A DNA stretch of 63,555 nucleotides, filler included, from Intoshia linei (GCA_001642005.1; 7 parts of 7 records of this genome joined end to end with filler, not necessarily neighbours in it), one strand, 5' to 3'. Shown: positions 26,217 to 41,041, numbered from the whole stretch's first letter. Notes: generated by a model from the letters alone, not told the origin. Program-made: numbers and translations.

Positions 26217-26396
26217 CTAAATTTCAAATATATATCGTTATATAAATAAACAAATAAAATTAGGTAAAATATCAAAATTATTATATTATTAAGGATATTA
26301 ACAATTTGGTTTATATACTATTTCTTAGCATCGATATAAAACATACATCAATGACTCTGAAATAGACACAAAATAAAATAATGAAATTGTGAAAAA

Positions 26397-26496
26397 NNNN
26401 NNNNNNNNNNNNNNNNNNNNNNNNNNNNNNNNNNNNNNNNTTAATTAATTAANNNNNNNNNNNNNNNNNNNNNNNNNNNNNNNNNNNNNNNNNNNN
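26397..26496. other. Artificial spacer N44-TTAATTAATTAA-N44
   Basis: The 12-mer gives stops in all six frames. Identical spacers at 39034-39133, 49982-50081, 54652-54751, 58163-58262 and 59769-59868. Confidence 0.97.
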
Positions 26497-27292
26497 TCAC
26501 ATAACAAAAATTGCAAATATATTTAGGAATCTATTTTCCATGTGGTATTCGACAATAAAATTTTGTATAAAATTCGCCACATTTGTTTATATCATTAATT
26601 AAATTATTAATCTTTGTCTTAAATAAAAAAAATCCGCAAAGTAAACAAAATTTATTTGAATTTTTTGATTGACAGTTGCAATTCATATTACTCAATTTAA
26701 ACTTTAAATAAAAACTTATTTCATCTTATATCCAAATAGCAAGTCAATTTTGATTAGTTAATTTTATTTGGCCTATATTTCGGAAACTAGATCTAGTTAT
26801 CTATTAATATTTTATCAGTCATTATATTATCATTATGAGATCATAATTATATAGATTTGATTAATCTCTTTTTTGAAGTGTTGTACTGTGTAATTATTAT
26901 AATAAAGCTAGAAATCAATTTAAATGTACAAACTAAAACTAGAAATCTACAATAAAATCAGGCAAACACACTAAAGATAGAACTAAATAGATAGAAAAAA
27001 TTGTGATATTTAAATTAAGGATAGATGTAGCAATACACTTCTTTTAGTTTATTGAGCAACCATATCTACATATAAACCAAATTCTTTTCAAATTTTAAAT
27101 ATGTATTAACTAATTATATTATCACATTATATAAAATTAGTATTTTATAGTATGAAACATTTTATGTAGTTCGTAAAATATTATTTTGATATACATGATA
27201 TAATTATTAATTTTTAATAGTACGATGTATATAATGCAAATACTATTAGCTGGTATTTTGTTTTAATTTACCATTTTTTAAAATATAATATA

Positions 27293-27826
27293 CAGTCTAA
27301 GTCCTTATTAACGGAATTGAAAATTCCGTAATTCCGTTAATATGGAATTATCACATAGTAATTTTTTTAAATAAAAACCATTAAATGGTGATATTTCTTG
27401 TTATCATGAGTTTTTGAATAATGCATGACGATGTAAAATACACAAAACATTATCAATGGGTTTATATGGACTCCTGGGTCCACAGAAGTTTTTTTTGGGG
27501 TCCTTGAAAAAATTTAAATTATTTAAAGAAATAAAATAAAGTTTAAAATGATATTTCTGCACTGATAATTATAATTTCTAATTAATGCTATCTAATTAAA
27601 TGTCTATTAAAAATTAGATAAAAACGTTATAAATTATCTCCCAATTAGTAAAAAATGAGTTTATATGTACAATAGTGATTAAAAAAGATTCTTGAGCTTT
27701 AGAGATAAAGTTTTATTAACAGAGTTTTTGGTTCATATAAATTCGTTAAGAAAAGATAAATAATTCAAAATTCCGTTAAAATGGAATTTCCGCTAACAAA
27801 AATTTCGTTAATAAGGATTTAGATTG
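27293..27826. mobile_element. pogo/Tigger-type MITE
   Basis: TIRs CAGTCTAAGTCCTTATTAACGGAA and TTCGTTAATAAGGATTTAGATTG, flanked by TA on both sides. Subterminal TTCCGTTAA repeats. Confidence 0.75.
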
Positions 27827-29730
27827 TATTTTTAAAATAAACATTGAATATTATTTAATAAATAGCTCGTAAATTACAAATAATTTGAGGAAATTACAAT
27901 AATATTTAATATTAAATTATATTTAAGACTATGAAAATATACAAATAATGTACAATTTCATTGTACGTTGGACATTAGGGGTGTGAATTTTAGTACTTTT
28001 TATGGAAATTTAAGGTCCAAGAAAGGATAAAGTCGCGCATAACATTTTAATAGTTACACTGAAAAAAAATTATTTTGGATAATTATTAGCGGGGTCGCTT
28101 GCCGTTTTAAAAATTCCATACAAAAATGTTCCAAAAAAAACTAAAATATAACTTCATTTACTGGAGTCTTCCGATGAGGCCCTGTATTAATGAGTAGAGT
28201 GAGCCTGTGTTGATCGTCGTGTTTGGTTATTAACTTTGTATATTTAGATTCCATGCTACCTCATTTATTTTTATTTTTTGACACAATTTCTATTAATTAA
28301 AAATAATAAATTTTAACATCGATAAAATAAACAGTAATCAAGCTAGAATTGAATTTAAAGATACAAAGTGAATAAACAAATATGGCGATTAACACAAAAC
28401 CACTAAAACTAAAGTTTTTCATCATAATATTCCATTACATATACAGTTCATATATATGTAGTTATTTTTTAAATTTTGTATGAAATTAATGTAGTGAAAA
28501 CTTTATTATTGGATATTTAAAATAGCAAGCGACTCCACAAATTTTTATATAACTTACATATTTTTTTTATTGTTATTTTTAATTCATTACTCAATTATTT
28601 CCGAGCTTCGTCTTAATTTATAAAAATTTTAAATACCCTATTGTACACAGTATTAATATTGTTTTTATATTTACGGTTACATAAATCAATCAACATAGAA
28701 CATATATTTTTTAATTTACAATATTTAATATTAATATAATATGTAATTTTATTAGCTCGTAATTTTTTTGGCAATAAATTTATTAAGATAAAACTTATTA
28801 TCATAATAATTAACCAAAATATAATTTTGAATAAAAATCCAAAAACATGGGTTTGGGATTCATTTAATTATTAAAGTGAATTTTTTTCCTTTTCACTTTT
28901 TGTAAAACACAATTTATAAACTACTTTATAATTATCATACGTTTAATCGATAACTATTTGCAATTAAGTATAATGTAAGTAATTTTAGCACGTAATTACA
29001 TTAATAAACTATTTCCCTCTACTTTAATATTAAAATTCGTTATTAATTAGATAGTAGTAGTTAACCATTTTAGCAAAATTGTTATAATTAACCAACTACT
29101 ACATGAATTTTTAAAACAGTTTATCGTTTTTTGATTTGATTCTAATTATATTTTTGTATTAAGAAAATCATGATTAAAATAATATCTTTGAGATACTTAA
29201 CAATGAAAACAGCCAAAAAAAATTTTAAAATAAATTTTCGTATACTTATTAATGTGAATAATAATGTCGTCAACAAAATATAACAATTTTATGAAAAAGG
29301 TTGATGAAATTTATTTTAAAAAATTTCTAATTATAATTATTATATATTTATAGCAGGTATATTTAAACTATATTATTTTTTTAATTTTTATAATCAACAA
29401 ATGCATTACTAATATATTTATTTATTTATTAAAGTGAGTAAATATTCATATTTAAATTGTATTTTATAAAACAACTTTTTGACTTAACTTTACATTTCTT
29501 ATTCTGTGTGGTTGGTTACTTGGAAAGTTTAATTTTGCAATGCAAAAGTTTTATGTGTTAAATTACAATTGTAAGTTTGATTCAAATTTGTTTTAATTTT
29601 TAAGGGAAATTTATGCCACAATCGTAGTCGTTAAAAATTTTAATAAATAAGACAAAAATAAGATAATTTAAAAGGGACATTCATTATAACGAAATAATAA
29701 TTTATTTTCCCAAGCTTTCTACGTTTTCAT

Positions 29731-30316
29731 CAGTCTTTCAATATCGGTAAATTATTACCGGTAATTATTTTCAGTTACCGTTACTTTAAAATTTTTTTTA
29801 TAATGATAATAAAAGTTTATTGTATACTAACGTTTTTAAAATATTAATGTAAAGTTAATGTTGCAAATAATTATATCAATTTATATAATTAAATTTTTAA
29901 TATAATAGCTCATTAAGTCGTTTATTACTCGTTGAAAGTAATAATTAAATGTGAATTATGATTGTCTTCTAATAGTTTGGATTCAATATTTTTTTTCAAT
30001 CCTATTTTAAACCTGAAAGATTGAATAAATAAACTTTTTATTATATTATTTTGTTAATGTTTCGTCGTAGAAAGCATTCTAACTTAACCTGAAATTGAAA
30101 TTCTTTGAATTTTTAATTTCAAAATAAAAAAATAAAAATGTTTATCATTTCGACAATTCGAGACAGTTTTTATCTATTATTAATGAATTCTTCATCGTAA
30201 AGTAATTAAATTGTTTATTATACCTTATTCTATGTAAAAATGATTTAAGCTACTCTTAAAAAAGTAATTACCGGTAATTATTCGGTAATGAAAATATCGG
30301 TAAAATTGAAACATTA
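29731..30316. mobile_element. Probable hAT-type MITE
   Basis: Ends CAGTCTTTCAA and TTGAAACATTA, with TTACCGGTAA / TCGGTAA subterminal motifs at both ends and a degenerate 8-bp TSD. Confidence 0.45.
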
Positions 30317-30951
30317 GATTTTATTATTAGAAAATACGTGAGTCGACAGGCTATACCAATAGTGATTAATAAATATTTAAATGTTAATAATAATAAATTA
30401 TTAGTTAATCGAAATTAATTTAGAAGGTATATTACAATTTTAAATAATAAAAAATTAATGTAGTGTACATTTTACAGTGCAAAAGTGATGAATATAAAAA
30501 TTAATGTAATAGAATTAAAATTTAGTTGGTAATAATTTATTTTGAAAAAATGTATTGATCATTTTTTGAATTATATTTTGATGATAGTATTGACCAGGAA
30601 TTCCCAAAATCATTTTGTGTACCGCCCCTTTTTGAGCAATATATCTTTTCAATGCCTCCTTGAAATAATTTTCACTTTGATCACAATATTATTGACTATT
30701 AACGCCAATTGCTGTTTATATATACAATGTCTAATACACATTTCAATTTCAACGTTTCAATTAAAATTATATTTATGTAGCATGTAATAATTCAGTTTTT
30801 AACTATTATATATATTGACTATTATTAAGATTTTACTAAATTTTAAATTTATTAATACATCTTTATTAAAAGTTAATAATATAAAAATGAATAAAAACTA
30901 CACACAATATTTATTAATAATTTATATAATTTCTTTAACATTTATAAAATA

Positions 30952-33660
30952 TTAGTAGTGTTGAACTGAATGAATATGTTTTCCTGTGTCTATAACCGAT
31001 GGTTGATAATGTTTTTCACCACAATAAGTTGGTGTTGGAGTAACCACATAGTGTGTTTCTCCTATTAAATATATTAAAAATTGAAAAATATTATACATCA
31101 AATTATAATCAAATCAAAAAAGCATTATTACAACTTCAAAAAATGTAAAAAACATTAAACATATTAAATGTGCAAAGTAAATGAAATTAAATTATTGAAC
31201 TAAAAATTGGATTTTTTTGATTTTTTGAAATTATTTTAATTATAACTTGATTGAAAATGGTAGTCAAAACAAATAGTATGAAAAAATTGTATTTTAATTT
31301 TAAATTCATTTTTTTAATATAAAATCTATATACAATGTATATTATGCATACTTTCTTGACAGCTTCCACAAATGTAGCTTATAGACGCCAACAACATTAA
31401 TCCTATAGATACCCAGGCACAGATGTATGAAAATCCAAAAGTTGTTAAACTATATAGTTTGAGTACCTTAATTTAATTTTTATATAAATTGTATATTAAC
31501 TTTGGTCCAAAAAAAATTAAAAATATAATTGATACATATATTAATAATTATTAATAAAACTTCATTAAACTGTACAATTTCCAAAAATTTATAAAGTTTT
31601 AGAATTAAATATGTCATTTTGTAGGCAGTTCTATTTTAGATTGATTGATATGGGTCATTCAACTAAGTTTTAAAAAAATTTCTTGCAGATAAAAAATGAG
31701 AATATTCTTAAACCCCACCATTTTTACTTTAATTCAACCATTTTTACTAAAAATCTACTTTTATAAATATTTTATAAGGTTAAAAGCTTTACTGTATCTT
31801 TCATTTTAGGGTTGGTAAAATAGGTATTTTCCCTAACGGGTTGGTAAATTTTGATATTTCGTACAAAAGGGACGGATTTAAGTAAAAATGAATGAATTTT
31901 AGTAAAAATGATTGAATTTAAGTAAAGTTGGTTGGATGTAAGTAGACACCCATAAAAAAATATTTAATAACTATTTCATAATTTTCGTTTTTAAAAATTC
32001 TAGGACTCGTTTTATTTAAAAAAAAAAAAGGCCATTAATGTATTGACCATGAAGACCTCAATTTCTCAGACTGAAATTTATGATAAAAGCTGATTCTTGA
32101 AAAAAAGTATTATAAATTAAATTGCTTTAATTTGTAGGAGGCTTCATTTTGTAATTAAACGGTAACCTACATTATAGAGTATATAATTATGTTTAAAGTA
32201 TAGACATTCAATTTTATATGCAAGTAAAAGATGAATTAGGTAACACGAAACAGTTATAACTATAATACACCCATCCGTCAAAAAAGTTCAATACCCCACA
32301 TCGAAATTAATCATTATTTTGATTAATTACATAAATGGACTCAATGATAATAATAAATATTACTGCATATCCAGAATGTCTTTGCCAAAAGTGAGGGAAA
32401 GGATGATGATTCAACTTTTCGCGTTCCAAATAATCATTTGTATGGAATAGTACAATGCCAATAACGCCAAATACAGCTAAACAGTAGATTAATGACATAT
32501 TATTAAACATAAAGAAAAAGATAATTAAAAAACAGCAATTTTTTAAAAATTAAAAAATAATCTAAATAGAATAAAGTAAAAACTCAATTTTAAAACAAGC
32601 TTTAGGTAATTTAAAAAACTGTATACGAGTGGGCATCCACGATAAAATGGGATTTGTCAATATTTTTTTATAGGTTCATATTTTTAATTTTAAATCCTGA
32701 GGATACCTCTACCTTAAAACTTAATTATTTTGTAGTGGAATGGTACATGAAAATTATTAAAATTACCAAATAAATTACTAATTTATTTTGTATTTTTTTT
32801 TTCTATTTGTTAATAAAAATATCTCATAAATCAATTATTTTAAATTAGGATTTAAGAGATTCACCATAATAAATGTCTTAATTTAGAAAAATATATTTAC
32901 CTGCAACGAGAATGGTGGCAGCACCAGTTTTAACTATAAAATCAAAATTATAATGTGTCATTTTTATGAATATTACTTGTATTATTAGAATATCGGGCAC
33001 ATCCAAATCCTGCTACGATTAGAGACATGACTGCAAAAAATATAGATAAAATAAGTGCAGCTACAAGTGATCGTAAAACATCTAAAATGGATTTAATTGA
33101 ATATTGTTGATAAGTTTTAAATTTTTTTAAAAAACTAATTAAAAATTTTAAAAATAAATATTTACGTATTCTCATTCTGTAATGATATCCCCAATTGACA
33201 CGTTCTGGTGTCAATATAATTTCAAATCCTTTTTCATAAACGCAATTACCGCCAGCCCAATCAACTTCAACGTTGTCTATTGAATTTAAATTAAAATTAC
33301 TTTATAAAATTCCACTGAAAAAAAAAATTTTTTATAAAATGAAAAATGCAAAAAACCGTTATAGATGAATTTTTTTTATTAATAAAAAGGGACCTGCTTT
33401 GATATTTTTTAAAAATTACTAATTATATAGTCTTTTCCAAAACATCTTTTAAACAAGCCACGATAACTTGAAAAATATAATTCATCAGTGTATATTCTGT
33501 CTTTAATATAGTTATTGGCGTCGTCTTTTTTGAGATATTCAATTAATGGTTTTCTATTAACAGTGGTGTCAATCCAATTATTGGTTACCAATGCAATTAT
33601 GATCAAAATTAGAGAAAATATGGATAAAATGTACCCAAACACAACTCCAGCAGTTTTCAT
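30952..33660 (-). CDS. Claudin-superfamily (PMP22/Claudin_2-like) four-TM protein, 7 exons
   Basis: Exons 33660-33420, 33276-33166, 33081-32977, 32933-32901, 32476-32364, 31466-31352, 31061-30952 join in frame. Motifs IALVTNNW, YRGLFKRC, a second Cys (GGNCVY) and FGFSYICAW before TM4. Confidence 0.85.
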
Positions 33661-36600
33661 TTTTATTTCGTTTAATAAATTTAAAATTTAATAACTGGAT
33701 CAATATGATTGTTCTAAAAAATACTGGTTTAAATATTCTATTCAACAATCATATCAAGATTAGGTCAGTTTATTTTAAATAAAAATTGTTAAATTTAAGC
33801 ATTACCTTATAAATTAATAAATTAGAAATAACCAAAGTGTTACAAATCTTGTGAAGTTTTAAATGGTTTACAACTTAGTATAATTCAAAGACTAAGTAAC
33901 TGTACACAAATATCATTAATTTATTATGTTGATTTTGTTTAATATTTTCTTCTCATTAAAAATTGTTATAATTGCTCCATTTACATTTATTATATGGTTC
34001 CCATCCTTTTGAATAATACAATGAATAGTTAGCATTCTTGTGTATGTATTTATTCTGTTTAGTATAGTTTTAATAAATTTAGTCATTTTATTGTCTTTTA
34101 CAAGTGACAAAATAAAGTCAGTCGACGGTTTCAAATCAGTAGTTTTAAATAATGTACAATGTACATTATTACTTATGAGAATTCTGTAATTTTAGAAACA
34201 ACAATAAGCTATAATTATTTATCCAAAGTATTTCGTTATCTCATTGTGTTATGTTGTATCATAATGTAAATGCTTATTCCATTGTTTCAGTAAAAGAATC
34301 GCAGTTTTTTCCATTCAAATTTTGAAATGAACATGTTTATTCATTATAATTATAACGTAATTAATTGACTTGTATTATTTAATTCCATATAGATTGTAAG
34401 TTGTAAATTGTATAATCTTTCACGATTCTAATATATTTTAAGATTTAAATTTTTAGTTTAACGTTTTTAATAATTATAATAAAAATTACCTACAGATGGT
34501 AAATTTCATTTCATAATATTTTTAATTTTTATATTTTATAATTATAGTTTTATTAGAAATACTTTTATATTCATTGTAGCCAGTAATTACATGATTTTAA
34601 TTATTATTAAATTTTAAATTAAATTATTTTTAAAATTTTTAATGATTTGTTTAAATTAATAAAATGAAATAAGAAACAATAATAATGAAATACGTTCATA
34701 AATAATGTGAAAATTGTAATCATGAACTACATGAAAATATATAAAATAACTGTAAAAAAAGAATTATTTTTATAAAATTATTATAAAAATAAAAATAAAT
34801 ATTATAACGCACATTCCACAATTGGGGGCGGCAAATGACCCGCGGCCCGCATAATTGACACATCTGATATACATTGTATATTATGTATTTTATCAACCAA
34901 TCATATATATACAATAATATATAACTGTAAATATGCAAAATAGTTTTTATAACTTTAGAAAAATGTCAAAACATATATTGTAATAATACAGTTGGTAATT
35001 TCAAATATCAAATATCAAATTTTATTTTAATATTGTTCCCATTATACATTGTATATCTACAATCGATGTAAATGTTAACTATTTTACCCCATAATGCAAT
35101 AAAAATAAATTATTGGATGCGAGCCCTTCATGGGTGTCAATGGAAGAAAAATAAATTTATATGCCATCATCATATTCACCAGAAAACATTTTAGATTTAT
35201 CTGCTCACTACCTTTGTTGACATAATTTGCAACACCGTCTACCTGGAATTTTGAGTTGGAATAAATAATCATTTCGATAAGAAATCAAAATTTTTTGTTT
35301 AACGAGTTTAGATATAGTCAATAGGGTGTCACATTTTTTCGAAAATTTTAGAATTTGATGGATGGTTAGCACTAACTGTGTGTATTTTTAAAAAAGAAAC
35401 TCTATAATATAATCAAAAACTACGAACGATAGATATTCGTTGTGCGTTTAATATTTTAAATAAACCATTACAAATCTTATAGTAAAATTAAAATATAACT
35501 TTATTTTTTAAAAAAACAGTGTTATAGTGAATTGTCATGGTTTACAGAGTATTTTGTTAATCACCGTTTATAACTAAACATCTTACTTTTTTAATTTTCA
35601 TTCTAGCTGTTTTAGTTTGATTTTTATCAACGATTCAATTTCTTAAATTTAGAGTATAAATGTAAAGTGAAAAAAATTTTGTATTGAAAATTCAATCAAT
35701 GTATGATTTAAGATGTAATGGGGTCGTTTTTTAAAAAGATTGAGAAACTTCTCGTACAATATTATATTGCCCAAGTAGACGTTAAAACTTAAACAGGGTT
35801 ATTCTGTAATCTTTAAAAGACTTTTTTATATAAACATTTTCAACTAGAGTGTAATTACAAATATATTTTAAAATGAAACAATTAAACTGGATAAAAAAGT
35901 CGATTGAAAATATTTTAATTTTAATTTTGCAATTTATGTAGCCAGTAAATCATATTTTTTTCAAAACTATCATTATTGATATATATTTCATTTGTACCTA
36001 TGCATAGGCAGTAAATTGAGTTTAATATTATTATGACATATAATATTATAACCAGTAGCTAGCTTTTTATTAGAAACCCATCGAGCATAATATAATATAT
36101 TAAAAATTTAATTGAAATATTATATCTGTGTATAGTCTCACAGCTTTACTTTTCGCATAATGAACCATTTTTTATAAAACATAATTTTAAGCATTTCCAA
36201 TAAGATGTAGAATGATTTAAAGCATTTTAACAGAAATTATTTTTTAATGTCTTTTTTATTGTCTTGCTTGCCATTTGCAACGATAGTATCAAACCCAATA
36301 AAATTAGGTATCTTCCGGTACATATTGAAGAGGATTGTATGTATTTACATTCAATCTTGAGTTACAACAGACCATCTACAATTTACCATTTTCTATTGAT
36401 ACAAATTTGTATAACTGAATTACATATTGGCATTGGTGGTCAGTATCAAATATAATAAATTAGACATGTTTTCAATAGAGAAGCCTTTAATTCAGTGTTT
36501 CTCTAAAAGTTTGCACTAAAAATTGGCCTCGGGATTGGCAGGTTAAGCTCTGGTAGTATCATTAAGAGGTATACATTTAGTAATTATAAAAAGGTTTGTC

Positions 36601-37570
36601 CAACAATTTCTGCGTAAATTAAAAATTATAAAAAACGTCCAAACAAAATTCCTTACTTTAACAAAATGGGAATTATAATGTATATTTAATAGCTGGTAAC
36701 ATTCAAATTATTAATCATAAAGTAGTTTCTTGTTAATAAATACAGAAATAAAACATTATATATTTATATTTTTTTATAAAGGCATGAAAAATCATTAAAA
36801 TTTCTTTTTATGCATTTACTTGATAATTTCGCCGGCCTTATAACAAAAAAATTTATATTCACTAAAAAAAAAAATTAATAAACTAATTATTTTAATTAAC
36901 AACAATACTAGCCTACTATAAATCAAGTGGAACAATTATATAATCAATTAAATTAAAATTTTGATCAAATTTAGAGTGATCTAATATTTTCAATGAAAGC
37001 AAAATTTAAAATTTGAATAAACTATGGATTTAAGTAAATCTGGAATCCTATTATAATTTTAAATGGGGCGCATATATGAAACTCATAAATACGACATTTA
37101 CATTGTAGAATCTATACTGTCTTTTGAACGCTGTCAATCACAGATTTCAAAGTTTACATTTGTCTATTTTTATCCATTATAATAAATCATAATGATTTTT
37201 ACTATTATACTACTATTATCATAGCTTGTAATTATAGATTTATTAATTATAGTTAATAATTTACGTTTTATTCTGAATAATCTTCTTGAATATTCTCAAT
37301 AAAAGTATATTATTTGATATAAAACACATAGGATATGCAGTACTGTGAACATTGTAAGATTATTTAATTTATTTTTTTTGTTTACAATGTAAACATAAGA
37401 ATGGCTAATAGAGTGTTAACTTTTTTATCGAATTTTAGAAATTAATAAAATACACCCCCGTACGACATAAGAAATGCCTTCTAAATTAACACATTAATTT
37501 TTGTTTCACATATAATGACAAAAACACAGGCCCACTTTTACATTTAAATAATACCCTTTTGCAATTTAAG

Positions 37571-38940
37571 CTAATATTTATTAATTATATCTATGGTATC
37601 TGTAACTAACTCATCGCCAATGTACTTAAGTGACGCCCTATCTCGTAACACTTGGACTCGATAAATGGGTTGTTCGGCAACCTCATTGGTCATGGCTACA
37701 TTTAAAGGAGGAATTGAAGTATAAGCGTGTCTTTTCAAAAAGCATAAGCAACAATTACACCTTTGTGGCAAAATACAAAATGGAACTCCTGTCACGGCTG
37801 AATAGAGGGACTGTTAATATGAAGCAATGTTTTCGTATACGGTAGCATTCAACTAAATATGAACGAATATTTCTGCAATAAATGTGCAACACTCTTCCAA
37901 CCCTGTTTGCCGAATACCTATTGTAAATATTATATAATAAATTATAATAATTACCTAAAATCCATGCTTGCAACGATTTTATAACTTTCAAATTCCATCG
38001 AACATTGCTTAATGATCTCAATTTAAGCCACTTAACTTTAGGCCAATCTCCAGTTTGCATAATTTTATATACTGATGATAGATGTTCAAGTTCAGAATAG
38101 TCATCACGAACCCAATGGGATATTTTAGGAACACATTGAAAGTCATGAGACATTTCTGAATATGATTTGGTTAATTCATCATAATTTGAATGTAATTCAT
38201 CTATAAGTTTATATTTTTAAAAGATTAAATATAAATGTTTACTTATGAATTCATAACCGATGTTCGGATATTTGTTTATGCTTCCTAATTTCGCATCCAT
38301 GTATAGCCGTAATAATCGATTTAGTATGTGTCGCTGATATCCAAAATATGAAATACTTCCAATAACATTTTTTTGTAATTTTGAAATTATCCCATTACGC
38401 CCCAAATTTACAGAACATGTGTCAGATATTACCATTTTAATATTATCTTGGATGGAATATTTTTCAATTATTTTTTTTATAGCTAAATAAATAGTTTTTG
38501 CTTTACCGTTAAGTAGATATGCAACTCCAATTGCTAATCTTGTTTTCATGATTTCGGATTCAAAGTATACTACTTGCTAATATCAAATTTTTCTGTTGTC
38601 TTTGTTAAAAATTCTTGATTTTTCTTTGTATTAGGATGTCGCTTAAAACCATCATAATCAGTCATGATTTTTGACAATTTTCGTTTTATGCTAGTCACAC
38701 AAATGGGTCTAATGTTAAATTTAATAAAAATAAATTTGTAACTTCTTGTGCTATGCGTAATTGTAATTTAATGTTTAGAACTTGTATTAGTTTTTCAAGG
38801 CTTTCCTCCAATCGAGGAAAATCAGAACATCGCTTAGCCTTTATCTTTATATTACCGAAACGCTCTTTCTGGCTTTTAGTTGTAGTATTAGAAACATTAA
38901 ACATTAAAATATCAGTAAAATCAATAATCACAATGCGCAA
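37571..38940 (-). mobile_element. Decayed DDE (RNase H-fold) DNA transposase, frameshifted
   Basis: Consecutive minus-strand ORF pieces with VISDTCSVNLG, YFGYQRHILNRLLR, SNVRWN and MTNEVAEQ motifs typical of cut-and-paste transposases. Intronless and disrupted. Confidence 0.6.
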
Positions 38941-39133
38941 AATATCATTAATAAAGATTCATTATACAAAATCAAATTTAATGAATTGTTTATGTTGAAT
39001 TAATAATAATGAAACAAGAATAATCGGTGTCTGNNNNNNNNNNNNNNNNNNNNNNNNNNNNNNNNNNNNNNNNNNNNTTAATTAATTAANNNNNNNNNNN
39101 NNNNNNNNNNNNNNNNNNNNNNNNNNNNNNNNN

Positions 39134-40367
39134 AAAAAATTTATTTGTAAAAGATGCGATAAACTGGCGGGAGAAGGCGCTCGGCTATGTAGACTTCCGA
39201 GTAGGTTTCGAGATATAAATATTATCCAAATGTCAGGCCGAATTCGCAGAAACAAGTGGTGTCGCAACGATGAGCGAGAAGAACGACGAAGGCGCGATAA
39301 CTTATGGAACCTTATTGAAGAGGCAGAAGAAATTGAATATAGACGACGACTACGTATCGACGTTTACATATCGACATAATCAAATTTTGGATTCAACTTC
39401 GAAAAAGGCGTTGGCGGACATCGAACTCTGTCGAAATTATTCAAACAGCAAATTAGTAGTTATAGATATATACGAAAAAGTTAATTTAAATATAAGTTCA
39501 ACAAGTGAGCGATATAAAAATTTGATATTCACGTGAAATTTTATTTACAATATATTTACATGTCGTCAGAAGAGGAAGATTTTTTGGCAAATCAATCAAA
39601 TACCTCTAGAAGCGAATTGGAATCAAAATTGGCGGACCTAACTATGCATCTGGAGGATATAGACACGAGGCGTAGTATGACGTTGGCGGATGTCAGATAT
39701 TTTCAGGATTTATGTAAGGATGCTGGCATGAAAGAGAAGGCAGAATTCGGATGTTGTCGGAAAAGGAGAAAGGCGAGTTGTTAATGAGGAGTGTCGACAG
39801 TCGTAGTCGAAGGCGATTAGAAGGTGTCTTAGGCGATACGGGGATAAAAGAAAATTCATTTAAGTTGGCGAAGGACATTTACCTGGAGGGGCGTGATTCG
39901 GCGGATAAATTGTCGAAAGGTATTATTAAGTTCATGACGATTGATTTTAGGCGTTCCAGTGTTTTGGAGGCGTTTGAGACGATAAAAACTCAATTACTAA
40001 ATAGTTGGCCGAACTTTCCAGGCGATATTTTGGAAGACCTCTGCATGCAACAAATCCTATTTGGTTTACCTCGAGATGTGGCGGAAAAAGTGAGGTATAC
40101 GGCGCAAGACCCTATAAAATTGGCGGATAGATCAAAATGAAGATCGACAATTACCTACAATGCGGGAAAATCGATCCAAATACTTTAGATGTGGTGATTT
40201 TGGACATATATCAAAAGATTGCGATATTAAAGATAGGCGTAACAGGTGTCATCGATGCAGTTCTATATACCATTTACCGGGGCAATGTGGAAAATTTAGC
40301 AAAAAGCGAGAGATGTAATATACTTGTAACTATTGTAACTAAATGAACATTGTTCATTCTAAAATAA
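39134..40367 (+). mobile_element. gag-like retroelement relic with two zinc knuckles, no pol seen
   Basis: GC-richer island. A capsid-like segment (LCMQQILFGLPRDVAEKV) is followed, after a frameshift near 40130, by YFRCGDFGHISKDC and CHRCSSIYHLPGQC, a stop near 40318 and AATAAA. A second frameshift lies near 39750. Confidence 0.7.
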
Positions 40368-40394
40368 ACACATTTTACGTCTGTTAATTAATTT

Positions 40395-40972
40395 TGCTAA
40401 ATCTTCAATTCCGAAATAGAACACCTACCAAAAAAATGTATATTGAACGTCTACACATTTCCAATAAAGAAATATGGGTGAAAATCTATATAATTCATAC
40501 CTTCGGATTTTTTTTCATTGCTACGCAATTTTCATTCTGGAATACTCATTTTCAAAAAAAAAATTTAACGAAATTTATTTTAAAACTACAAGAACTAAAA
40601 GCACAACTTTGTTATTTTTGTATATATCACAATTCTTTGCAATGTTAGTAAAATTCATCGGAAATATGTTTTTAAACTTCTTCCGTTAATTATTGATACT
40701 AAATTAATATTTTTTACTCATCTAAAGCAGATACTGAATGTACAGGTTTATTTTTTATGGAATTTAAGCTGTTTTGACAATATTTAGGATTTATTATTTT
40801 GGCTTTATTTTAAATAGATAAGTTTAGGTATGATTGTTAATGAGTAGCATTTTTAATTTTATTTTAGATTTAAAGATTTTATTATTGAATTTATATTTTT
40901 GGTGGAATTAGATAAGTCCGCCCTCAGCAGAGCTAGGTACTGTTTGTACGTAGTACAAAACAGCCAATCTAG
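40395..40972 (+). mobile_element. Helitron 3' portion in the caveolin intron
   Basis: Shares sequence with 45570-45860 and ends GCCCTCAGCAGAGCTAGG...CTGTTTGTACGTAGTACAAAACAG...CTAG|T. Confidence 0.65.
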
Positions 40973-41041
40973 TCATTATAAACCGTTTACCTAAAAAATT
41001 CACACCGTCCGTGCTAGAAACGCTTTAGCAGTTAAAATTAC

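Noticed and set aside
26441-26452. TTAATTAATTAA as a biological motif (piggyBac target or homeodomain site)
   Set aside because: It always sits centred in identical N runs, so it is a synthetic linker.
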